Of a DNA stretch of 28,437 nt, positions 7,816 through 15,982 are shown one piece after another. Source of the DNA: a virus (taxonomy: Duplodnaviria > Caudoviricetes); the IMG/VR virus record IMGVR_UViG_3300008267_001272, positions 1 through 28,437 of that record, one strand, 5' to 3'. Under the pieces are notes generated by a model. That model was not told the origin of the DNA, ran no database searches, and worked only from the letters and a program-made list of their open reading frames with translations. The translations under genes were made by a program, and so were the position numbers. How positions within the stretch are numbered: the first letter of the stretch is position 1; every line of letters starts with the position of its first letter.

Positions 7816-8065
7816 TATACTTTTAACAATAGGTATTACATTATTTATGGTGTTTATTTATGGTCGTTCTACCATGATAGATAAGTTACCATTCTTAGAA
7901 AGATTTATTATTAAAGTAGCATTAGCTATGAGCGCTTGCGGTTCTTTATTTAACGTTCTTACTTTAGCAGCTTCTCATCCGTCTGAAATATTATTTAATT
8001 CTGGACTAGCAATAGTTTTTGTTTGGGCTGCATGGTTTCATTTTAAGTATTTTGTTAATAAATAA
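7781..8065 (+). CDS. membrane protein, 3 TM (94 aa), lysis cassette
   Basis: Three hydrophobic stretches; overlaps the holin-like gene by 35 nt. Confidence 0.55.
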   Translation: METSQVINLIANILLTIGITLFMVFIYGRSTMIDKLPFLERFIIKVALAMSACGSLFNVLTLAASHPSEILFNSGLAIVFVWAAWFHFKYFVNK

Positions 8066-8090
8066 ACGTGCTCAAAAAAGCAAAATAAAT

Positions 8091-8098
8091 TAAATTTG
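8091..8098 (+). promoter_or_regulatory. Bacteroidota primary-sigma -7 promoter element (TAnnTTTG)
   Basis: TAAATTTG lies in a 40-nt intergenic gap, 7 nt before ATG 8106; the -33 TTG element is a poor match. Confidence 0.5.
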
Positions 8099-8105
8099 AG
8101 AAAAA

Positions 8106-8318
8106 ATGGAAATGGATCAAACGATATACCAAATGTTACTATGGGCGATTCCTGTTTTATTAACAATACTAGGGTTTATAGGTTCTTTAGCGGTAAAAGC
8201 ATTAATTAGATTATCAAACGACGTTAATGAAATTAAAATAGATATTAGAGAAGTTGCAGTAAAACACGAAGATTTAGAAGATAGAATCATTAGGATAGAA
8301 AATAAAGTATTTGCATGA
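8106..8318 (+). CDS. single-TM plus coiled-coil protein (70 aa), holin/antiholin-like
   Basis: TM segment LLWAIPVLLTILGFIGSLAV followed by heptads; ATGA overlap with the endolysin gene. Confidence 0.55.
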   Translation: MEMDQTIYQMLLWAIPVLLTILGFIGSLAVKALIRLSNDVNEIKIDIREVAVKHEDLEDRIIRIENKVFA

Positions 8319-8974
8319 AATTAACTCAAACTGTTTTTTCTGCAAATCAATACATAGCTGAAGAACATCCTAAAAAACAAATATACATACATCACACGGC
8401 AGGGTCAGCAGACCCTTTTGCTGTTTTTAAGGTATGGGAAAACAATCCTGAGAAGATAGCAACTTGCGTAACTGTTGGTGGTAAACCAACTAAAACGGCA
8501 AAATGGATTGATGGAGAAGTAGTTCAAGGATTTAGCAGTAAGCATTGGGCTTATCATTTAGGATTAAAAGAATCCACATTTCACAATTTTAAATTACCTT
8601 ATAAGTCATTAGATAAAATATCAATAGGTATAGAAGTTTGTAATTTCGGCGGATTAACATATAGAGAAGGTAAGTATTATACTTACGTTAATTCAGTTAT
8701 TCCTGAAGAGGATGTAATAATGTTGCCAAAAGAATATAAAGGATATAAGTATGTTCATGCTTATACTGATGCTCAGATACAAGCAATAAAAGAATTGTTG
8801 TTGCTATGGAAAGAAAAATACAATATTCCATTGACTTACAATGAAGATATTTGGGACGTAACTCCTAGAGCTTTAAAAGGCGATTCAGGCGTGTTTACTC
8901 ATAACTCAGTACGTTATGATAAAATAGATGTAACGCCGCAGCCTAAACTAATAGAAATGCTTAAATCGCTATGA
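8315..8974 (+). CDS. endolysin, Zn-dependent N-acetylmuramoyl-L-alanine amidase (Amidase_2 type, 219 aa)
   Basis: IYIHHTAG, WAYHLG, SIGIEVCN, YTDAQIQA and THNSVRYDKID..P motifs; flanked by membrane-protein genes. Confidence 0.9.
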   Translation: MKLTQTVFSANQYIAEEHPKKQIYIHHTAGSADPFAVFKVWENNPEKIATCVTVGGKPTKTAKWIDGEVVQGFSSKHWAYHLGLKESTFHNFKLPYKSLDKISIGIEVCNFGGLTYREGKYYTYVNSVIPEEDVIMLPKEYKGYKYVHAYTDAQIQAIKELLLLWKEKYNIPLTYNEDIWDVTPRALKGDSGVFTHNSVRYDKIDVTPQPKLIEMLKSL

Positions 8975-9258
8975 AAGAAATATACAATAAATTTTTAGGC
9001 TCTTTTGATACAGTCACTAAGAACTCGTTTTCTGCAAGAAAGCTAACAGCATTTACCATTGTAGTATTAGTTATTATTGGTCATGTTATTTGGATTAAGA
9101 ATAGCCATCTTAAATCTGATTTTAGTTTATTGCCAGAAATATTACTTATTGATTACGGAATGATTTCTGTATGCTTAGGGTTAACAACGTTTGAAAATAT
9201 AAAACTAAAAAATGAAAAAAACTCTACTAGCGACACTACTACTACTGACGTTCCTTAG
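8971..9258 (+). CDS. 2-TM membrane protein (95 aa), holin-like
   Basis: FSARKLTAF followed by two hydrophobic segments; ATGA overlap with the endolysin gene. Confidence 0.55.
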   Translation: MKEIYNKFLGSFDTVTKNSFSARKLTAFTIVVLVIIGHVIWIKNSHLKSDFSLLPEILLIDYGMISVCLGLTTFENIKLKNEKNSTSDTTTTDVP

Positions 9259-9733
9259 TGGTTGCATTTCTGAAAAGAAAAGACAAAAAATTTGCTTAGA
9301 ATGTCCTGTAAGGATAGAAAAAGAAATTCACGATTCTATTATTGAAAAAATAAGGGATACTACTATTTACATTACCACGCAAGGTCCAATACAGTATTTA
9401 GACAATCCATGTAAAAATTTATGTGATAGCTTAGGCAAATTAAAGCCTATTAAAGTAGAGGCTAAAAAGAATGGCATTAAATCAACTATTAAAACTGTTG
9501 GCAACTCTTTGGTAGTTGAATGTGAAACAGATAGTTTAAAAGCCGTAATTAATGGCTTAAAAGAAACAATAAGAATTAGAAAAGAACAAGAAGTTAAAGA
9601 AGTTCCTGTTTGTCATTTAGAACATAAAACATGGTTTGATGAATTAACTTTTTGGTGGTTTTGGATTACGTTATCTGTAATTTCTATTAAATACGGATTC
9701 AGAAAAATCATGTCATTGATTGTTAATAAATAA
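9212..9733 (+). CDS. lipoprotein with C-terminal TM, probable unimolecular spanin (173 aa)
   Basis: Signal peptide MKKTLLATLLLLTFLSG|C with lipobox LSGC, a periplasmic domain, then FWWFWITLSVISI TM and a basic tail; last gene of the lysis cassette. Confidence 0.7.
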   Translation: MKKTLLATLLLLTFLSGCISEKKRQKICLECPVRIEKEIHDSIIEKIRDTTIYITTQGPIQYLDNPCKNLCDSLGKLKPIKVEAKKNGIKSTIKTVGNSLVVECETDSLKAVINGLKETIRIRKEQEVKEVPVCHLEHKTWFDELTFWWFWITLSVISIKYGFRKIMSLIVNK

Positions 9734-9759
9734 CAATTAGATAGCTATTGAATTTTCTT

Positions 9760-9767
9760 TATATTTG
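9760..9767 (+). promoter_or_regulatory. Bacteroidota primary-sigma -7 promoter element (TAnnTTTG)
   Basis: TATATTTG lies 5 nt before ATG 9773 at the head of the tail block; TTAG 19 nt upstream is an imperfect -33 element. Confidence 0.55.
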
Positions 9768-9772
9768 TTACC

Positions 9773-10615
9773 ATGACTGGAAACGAAATTACATATACAA
9801 TCATAAACATATTAACGAGATTTGGCTTTACGGACGATAGTAGATTGGATCCTGACCAAATTGCGTTTCTTCGAGATAATGTTCGTTCTCAATTAATTCA
9901 CGCTGAATACAATCAAACAAAGGTTGTAGACAACTCTTGGATGCAGGATTTAGGTTTCTTAAATTTAACTCCTGTGAACTTTAATGACGACAGTAGCATT
10001 CCTTTTTGCGAATGTATTGTTTCAAAAGTTACATTACCCGATAACATTAGCTTATATAATCCTCAATCATCTTCTGATTCAGGGCTTAAATTAATTTCAT
10101 CGTGCGGAACAAGACAATTTTACTATTACCCAATAGAGCTATTAGCTCAAATACCAAAAGAACACGTTAGAAACAAATTCTACTATTATTATAAAATTGG
10201 CAATGCTTATTACATTAATAAGCAAATGGACAAAGTAAGAGCTATAATGGTTCTTAATCGTCCTAAAGATGCTGCTATTATAAATACAGAATTTGTATCT
10301 TCAGGTAGTTTAGTAGTTGGTACAAGTTATACTGTTTACGAAGCTCAGGTTGTTCACAATGGATTAGGTTATAATCCCGGTCAAACATTCACTGCTGTAA
10401 ATGCAAATTATACAGGATTAGGAAAGGTTAAAACGACAAGTAGAACATCTGCATACACAGAAGATAGTCAATATCCTGTGCAGGGCGATATGGCTAGACA
10501 GATAATATTAGAAATATTGACAAAAGAGTTTGCTATTGAAGAAACAAAAATAACGGACGTTAAAAATAGTTCGGAGGACGATGAGCAAGAACGTAAAAAA
10601 GCAATTACTCCTTAA
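9773..10615 (+). CDS. crAss-like tail ring/adaptor protein (280 aa)
   Basis: N-terminal helices with TDDSRLD..QI.F....R..LI, a Cys pair, C-terminal YP...DM...I and D.KN.S motifs recalled from crAss ring proteins; located before IHF-Ttub-Tstab. Confidence 0.6.
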   Translation: MTGNEITYTIINILTRFGFTDDSRLDPDQIAFLRDNVRSQLIHAEYNQTKVVDNSWMQDLGFLNLTPVNFNDDSSIPFCECIVSKVTLPDNISLYNPQSSSDSGLKLISSCGTRQFYYYPIELLAQIPKEHVRNKFYYYYKIGNAYYINKQMDKVRAIMVLNRPKDAAIINTEFVSSGSLVVGTSYTVYEAQVVHNGLGYNPGQTFTAVNANYTGLGKVKTTSRTSAYTEDSQYPVQGDMARQIILEILTKEFAIEETKITDVKNSSEDDEQERKKAITP

Positions 10616-11033
10616 CAAAAAATCTGCTAATAGAGGCAGAAAAATGATAAGGAAAGTAACGAAGAAAAGCGTTAAACGTTCAGAGGTATATAAAGTTTGG
10701 GATGCGTATTTAGATTTGTTCTATGAAGATTTGTTGGCAGGTAGAGAGGTAAAAGGAATGGCAAATGTAGGAACGTTTGTCGTGGAGAAAAGTAAAGTAT
10801 CTGAATCTACAAAAAAGTTAAGAGCTAAGGGATTAGTTGCTAAGAAAGGAAAATTAATGCCTTTAAAAGTATTAAATCTTAACAATTTAGATTATGCCTT
10901 TAAAGTTAATTACTATAAAGGAAAATCAATAGTAGATGGAGTTAAATTTTACCCTTGCCAAAAACTAAGGAAAAAAATATTTGAAACAGTAAGTAAAGGA
11001 AAAGATTTTAGAGAATGTCAATTAACAGATTAA
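10581..11033 (+). CDS. IHF/HU-like basic DNA-binding protein of the crAss tail block (150 aa)
   Basis: Very Lys-rich, with an HU-like pattern (VYKVWDAYLDLFYEDLLAGREVKGMANVGTFVVEK...VKFYPCQKLRKKI). It sits immediately before the tail tubular gene, as in crAss-like phages. Confidence 0.65.
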   Translation: MSKNVKKQLLLNKKSANRGRKMIRKVTKKSVKRSEVYKVWDAYLDLFYEDLLAGREVKGMANVGTFVVEKSKVSESTKKLRAKGLVAKKGKLMPLKVLNLNNLDYAFKVNYYKGKSIVDGVKFYPCQKLRKKIFETVSKGKDFRECQLTD

Positions 11034-11764
11034 TATCAATAAGAAACCCAATTATAGACGCAATGGATATGGTTGGAGCAGACAGGTCTGTTGATATGCC
11101 TGTATTTACCAACTGGGCAGTACAGGCTGAAAAAGAAATAGCAAGTAGATTTGCTATGGTAGTTAAGAAGAAAGTATTAACTATCAACGGATGCGCTGCT
11201 GAATTACCATGCTGTGCGGTTATATTGCAAAGAGCTATTATGGGTGATCACGGTTGTGATTGCGATAGCTTATTCAGCACTTGCTTTCAGGGCATGGGTA
11301 ATTATTTTATCAATAATACAAATCAATATAGTTCAGGATTTTTAATAGTGGACTATGACCCAAATTCTGTAAACTACTTTAATGGATTTATTGACTATCA
11401 AGTTCAAAACAATCAATTGCTTTTTAGAAGAAACTTAGATGGCAAAAAAGTAACTATTGAATATGTAGGTTATCAAGAAGACGATTGTGGATTTATAATG
11501 ATTTCTGAAAATCATACAAGAGCGATTACAGAATTTATTTTGTGGAAGTACGGCGTAAGAAGTGAGTATTCCGCAAGACCATTATCTCCTGCGCTGACAA
11601 TAGAGCATAAAAGAGAATGGTTTAGATTGTGTAAACATTCAAGAGCTCAAGATAATATACTAACAGAATCAGACAGAGAAGAAATAGCACAAGTTATCAA
11701 TAATCCTTACAAAGGAAGAGGCTTGTGGGTAGGAATGTATCCAACAGGTTATAGTTATTACTAA
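11015..11764 (+). CDS. tail tubular/ring protein (crAss Ttub, P22 gp4-like; 249 aa)
   Basis: WA.QAEKEI...AELPC...GKKVTIEY.G...DDCGFIMI...AITEFI..K pattern; located between the IHF-like and Tstab genes; TAATG coupling to the next gene. Confidence 0.7.
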   Translation: MSINRLISIRNPIIDAMDMVGADRSVDMPVFTNWAVQAEKEIASRFAMVVKKKVLTINGCAAELPCCAVILQRAIMGDHGCDCDSLFSTCFQGMGNYFINNTNQYSSGFLIVDYDPNSVNYFNGFIDYQVQNNQLLFRRNLDGKKVTIEYVGYQEDDCGFIMISENHTRAITEFILWKYGVRSEYSARPLSPALTIEHKREWFRLCKHSRAQDNILTESDREEIAQVINNPYKGRGLWVGMYPTGYSYY

Positions 11765-14700
11765 TGGAAATTACAAACACATTTGAAGGTGGTTTAACCA
11801 AAGATAGCAATATATTATTGCAGCCGAGAGGAACTTACAGGGACATGAATAATGGAATGTTGGTTTCTTATGATGGCAATGATTATGTTATTGAACTACC
11901 AAAAGGCACAAAAGTAACGTTTACTATTCCGCCGATATATAATGCAGTCTATACTTCTAAACAAGCTTTACCTTCCGTAATAGGATATATTTCTTTTTTA
12001 GATACGCTAGTAGTATTTTCTACAAACGTAGACAGTAGTGGTTATGGCGAAATAGGTCAAGTAACTTTTGACAAAGATGGAGTTGGAACTTACGTGCCTT
12101 TGTACGGTCATGTTGATTTAAAATTTGGTAGAGAACATCAAATAACTGGTTTTACATTTGAAGAAAATGATAAAATAAAAAGAGTTTATTGGACTGATAA
12201 TTACAATCAACCAAGAGCTTTAAACGTAAAAGACCCTGCTTTTAATCAACCTGTAAGCATCATTAGTGGTCAAGAATACATGGTTGTTGGAGGGGTTATT
12301 AATTACAATGGAACCAATTATGGACCGGGATTAACTGCTACAAACATATTTTTAGCTAACTCAACTAGCACTTATACTGTTGTTGATGGCAATCCAAAAG
12401 TGTATCAATACATAAGCGTAAATCTTTTGTCGTGGTATCCCGATAGAATAAATCCTGATATAGATTTTAATAAGTATGTAGCAGGAAGTTTATACGGTGG
12501 AAGTAAATCTTATTTCGTAAGATTAAGCAATATAACTCAAGGAATACAAACTTCGTGGAGTTACAGTTCTTTTCCTATAAACGTATATAGTATAGCTGAC
12601 TACGCAAGTTTTAATTTAGTAGAAGGAAAAGGCGCAGGCGGAGTATTGCAAACAACGTCAACGGGTATAGAATTAAAAATATCAAACATAGATATATCTT
12701 TATTTGATACGATTGAAGTTGCTGTTATTGGATACGATCAAGCGGAAAACGTTATAAGGGATGGTGTTGCTAAAAAATTTGCCGAGCAGCCTATTACGGC
12801 ATCAACAATGTATATTCAGCATACTGCTGAAACAGGAACGGATGTATCTTTAAATGAATTAACATTATTTCCTGCAAGTATTTTAAAAGTAAAAGATATT
12901 ACAACTAATAAAAATTATAGTGTAATAGGTAATATATCTGAAAGAGGTGAATTAGAAGATTTTACAAAAGACGGAATAACAATAGACGATTTAGTTTATG
13001 ACGTTCCTGCTGATTCAAGTTTTAGTTGGCCGGCACCTAATTATAATTCAACAGCGCCTACAAATGCAGGTTTACCAAAACAAGGTAGTCATACTCCTTC
13101 AGGTTCATTATTGGGCGGAGGAGTTTATTATGTTACAGGCGGCGTAATTAATTACGTAAGCCCTCCTCCTTTTAGTCCTTCAGGGGAAGATTTTGGTGAT
13201 GGAAAGCCAAATAAAGCATTTAGAGTAAACAATAACAATACTTACACTATTGTTTCAGGCTCTCCTCAAGTAAAGCCGTGTATAGCTTTAAGTCAATATA
13301 ACAATAGAAATTCAATTTATTTAGAAAATATTACTAAAATAATTCCTTTAGAAAACGATTATTACGATTATAGAGGAATGGCTACTACTCAATATTTAAG
13401 ACAATATTGGGGTAACGAAACATATAGATTTGGAATTTTGCCTTACGATAAAAAAGGCGACCCTATGTATGTGAGATGGATAGGAGATCATCCTATACAA
13501 ACTTTAGGTAATAAAAACGGTCCTATTTCTTATTGGCCGGGAGCTCCATGTTATTCTTTGAAATTAAACGGAATAAGGATAAGTGGAATTACATTTACTC
13601 CTGAAGACATTGATAAAATGAGCGGCTTTAGTATTGTTAGAGCGCCTAGAGATAAACAATATTACGCGCAAGGCATATTACATCCAACAGCAGGGAAAAC
13701 TGATGCTATTCGGCAAATACCTTTAGCTCAATTGGATTCTTCTGAGGATTACACAATTGCGGGAGGTGTTGGTAGCGATAGGGCTTTTGCAAATGTTGTG
13801 AATTGGTATAGTCCTGATGTTTTGTTTGGTTATTATTCACCTGCTTCATCAGGAAATAAACTAGAGGGAGATTGTTTTGTTTCTATACCTGCTCCAGACG
13901 GATTTATAGCTAATTTATATTCGCCTGTTGCGTCAAATGAGTATAATTCTAAATGGTATGAATATGGCGGATTAAACAATCAAACTTACGGGGTAAACAA
14001 ATTTAATCTTGTAGATCCGAGCAGTTCGGTATCGGGTTTTTATTCGGGAATTGATTACGATAATAATTTAGCGCAAATACAAAACGCTTACCCAATATCA
14101 AACGGGTTCAAATCGGTTCAATGTAAAACGGGTGTTTTTGATTTAAACGCAGGGGTAGTTTTACCGGGCGGATTACAAATGATAGATTATACCCAAAGAT
14201 ACAGTACAGCAAGACCATTAATGAATTATAAAATAGAAAAAATTAATTTATATGGAGGCCAAGGTCTTAACGCGATAGCTAACACTATTTATATTCAAAC
14301 AGGGCATTATCAAAAAATTGATAGCGCTGTTTTAGCAAATACTTACGATAGCGTTTCCGATACTTATATATTTGATAATGTAGATGTGTTTGGTGGAGAT
14401 TCTTTTTTAGGAATATACAGTACAGGAAAATCATTGTTTGATGGTTTGCAATACAAGGACGGTGACGATCCTATATCTTTTTCTTATGGAATATTTTATC
14501 CTATTGAATCAAATATAAACCATTATTTAAGACAAGGTAGAAATATAGAGCAATACGGAATGCACAATAATACCGCAAATGGTATTTATTGGCAAAAATA
14601 TAACGGAAGCGAGTTCGTTTCAAGACCCGAACAATTTTCTGTAAACTTTGCTTATACTTCTGAGGGAGCTATTACGTATCCTGCGTTACCAGCAAATTAT

Positions 14701-15978
14701 AATTTTGTGGGACAATTCCCGTACAGAGTAAGATGGGCAGGTCCAAAAGTTTTAGGAGAAACAATAGATACATTTAGAACATTCCCTCAAAATCAATATA
14801 GGGATTTGGATGGAAACAAAGGACAAATAAACAATGTTCGTAATAGGGATGGTAAAGTATTCTTTTGGCAAGACCATTCAATAGGTTATTTACCTATGCT
14901 CGAAAGGCAATTAGTTGGAGGAAGTATAGGTGACGCTACTCAATTAGGCGTAAGTGGAGTTATTGATAGATTTGATAACTTTAATACTTATTTTGGCAAT
15001 CAACATAAATTTGCTTTAATAGAAACAGAATACGGATTCGCTTGGTTTGACTTTAGAAGAAGAGCGTTTTTAGTAATGACTGTTGGCGGAGGAATACAAG
15101 AAGTTTCTTTTATAAAAGGATTAAGGACATTCTTTAACAATCCACAATTGTTTTACGCAAGTCAATTAGATAACACGTATGAATTACAAAATAAAGATAC
15201 TCCATTAATGGGTATAGGTATTTCAGGCGTATATGACCCTAATTACAAAATGACTTACATGAATTTCAAATGGGTTGAAGGAGAAGACGATGAACCTAAG
15301 TATTGGAAAAACTTAACAGTAGGCTATCATCACTCAAGAAACGTGTTTGTAGGATTCTTTGATTTAAAAGGAGCTGTATGGCAAAACCATAACAATCTAG
15401 TTGTAGCAAATAAAGATATACAATCTGATTTAATAGTAGCGGATACACAGTATTTAATAGGTAGCAATGTTACTAAAAACAATATAGAATATGTTTGTAT
15501 AAAAGAGTTTACTACAAGCATTCCTGTTGCTGCAAATCAACAGCCTGATTATGTTGGAAGTATTTATTGGACTAAAACAACTCAATCAAACGAAACTCAT
15601 TTGTTATTTTCAACAACTAACTTTGCTAAGTTTTTTGGACAAGTTTACAATCACGATATAGAGTTGGTTATTAATCCAAAAACGGGTAAACCATTTTCGG
15701 TTGATAACTTACGTCAAAAATCAAACGAGTACAATTACGACACAATAGAATGTACTACTGACGACGACAATGTTGCGGAAAGCACTAATAATAAGTGGTA
15801 CAGATACATTGATAAAAGTTGGAATAGTAGTGTGCCTTTGGGAAGCAAGGGAAGGTTAGTAGATTTTTATTTAAAAGTAAAATTAACCTTTAAAAATTAT
15901 ACAACTAATCCGACAAATAGTCGTAACTTGCAGAAGCTATTTGAGTATATAACATCAGTATTTAGAGAAAAAAAATAG
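11764..15978 (+). CDS. tail stabilization/muzzle protein (crAss Tstab, P22 gp10-like; 1404 aa)
   Basis: NTFEGGLTKD, RVYWTDNYNQPRALN, ETYRFGI..YD..G, VFGGDSF, D.FR.F....Y.DLDG.KG.I and FG.QHK motifs; size and position match the crAss muzzle protein. Confidence 0.8.
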   Translation: MEITNTFEGGLTKDSNILLQPRGTYRDMNNGMLVSYDGNDYVIELPKGTKVTFTIPPIYNAVYTSKQALPSVIGYISFLDTLVVFSTNVDSSGYGEIGQVTFDKDGVGTYVPLYGHVDLKFGREHQITGFTFEENDKIKRVYWTDNYNQPRALNVKDPAFNQPVSIISGQEYMVVGGVINYNGTNYGPGLTATNIFLANSTSTYTVVDGNPKVYQYISVNLLSWYPDRINPDIDFNKYVAGSLYGGSKSYFVRLSNITQGIQTSWSYSSFPINVYSIADYASFNLVEGKGAGGVLQTTSTGIELKISNIDISLFDTIEVAVIGYDQAENVIRDGVAKKFAEQPITASTMYIQHTAETGTDVSLNELTLFPASILKVKDITTNKNYSVIGNISERGELEDFTKDGITIDDLVYDVPADSSFSWPAPNYNSTAPTNAGLPKQGSHTPSGSLLGGGVYYVTGGVINYVSPPPFSPSGEDFGDGKPNKAFRVNNNNTYTIVSGSPQVKPCIALSQYNNRNSIYLENITKIIPLENDYYDYRGMATTQYLRQYWGNETYRFGILPYDKKGDPMYVRWIGDHPIQTLGNKNGPISYWPGAPCYSLKLNGIRISGITFTPEDIDKMSGFSIVRAPRDKQYYAQGILHPTAGKTDAIRQIPLAQLDSSEDYTIAGGVGSDRAFANVVNWYSPDVLFGYYSPASSGNKLEGDCFVSIPAPDGFIANLYSPVASNEYNSKWYEYGGLNNQTYGVNKFNLVDPSSSVSGFYSGIDYDNNLAQIQNAYPISNGFKSVQCKTGVFDLNAGVVLPGGLQMIDYTQRYSTARPLMNYKIEKINLYGGQGLNAIANTIYIQTGHYQKIDSAVLANTYDSVSDTYIFDNVDVFGGDSFLGIYSTGKSLFDGLQYKDGDDPISFSYGIFYPIESNINHYLRQGRNIEQYGMHNNTANGIYWQKYNGSEFVSRPEQFSVNFAYTSEGAITYPALPANYNFVGQFPYRVRWAGPKVLGETIDTFRTFPQNQYRDLDGNKGQINNVRNRDGKVFFWQDHSIGYLPMLERQLVGGSIGDATQLGVSGVIDRFDNFNTYFGNQHKFALIETEYGFAWFDFRRRAFLVMTVGGGIQEVSFIKGLRTFFNNPQLFYASQLDNTYELQNKDTPLMGIGISGVYDPNYKMTYMNFKWVEGEDDEPKYWKNLTVGYHHSRNVFVGFFDLKGAVWQNHNNLVVANKDIQSDLIVADTQYLIGSNVTKNNIEYVCIKEFTTSIPVAANQQPDYVGSIYWTKTTQSNETHLLFSTTNFAKFFGQVYNHDIELVINPKTGKPFSVDNLRQKSNEYNYDTIECTTDDDNVAESTNNKWYRYIDKSWNSSVPLGSKGRLVDFYLKVKLTFKNYTTNPTNSRNLQKLFEYITSVFREKK

Positions 15979-15982
15979 TATT

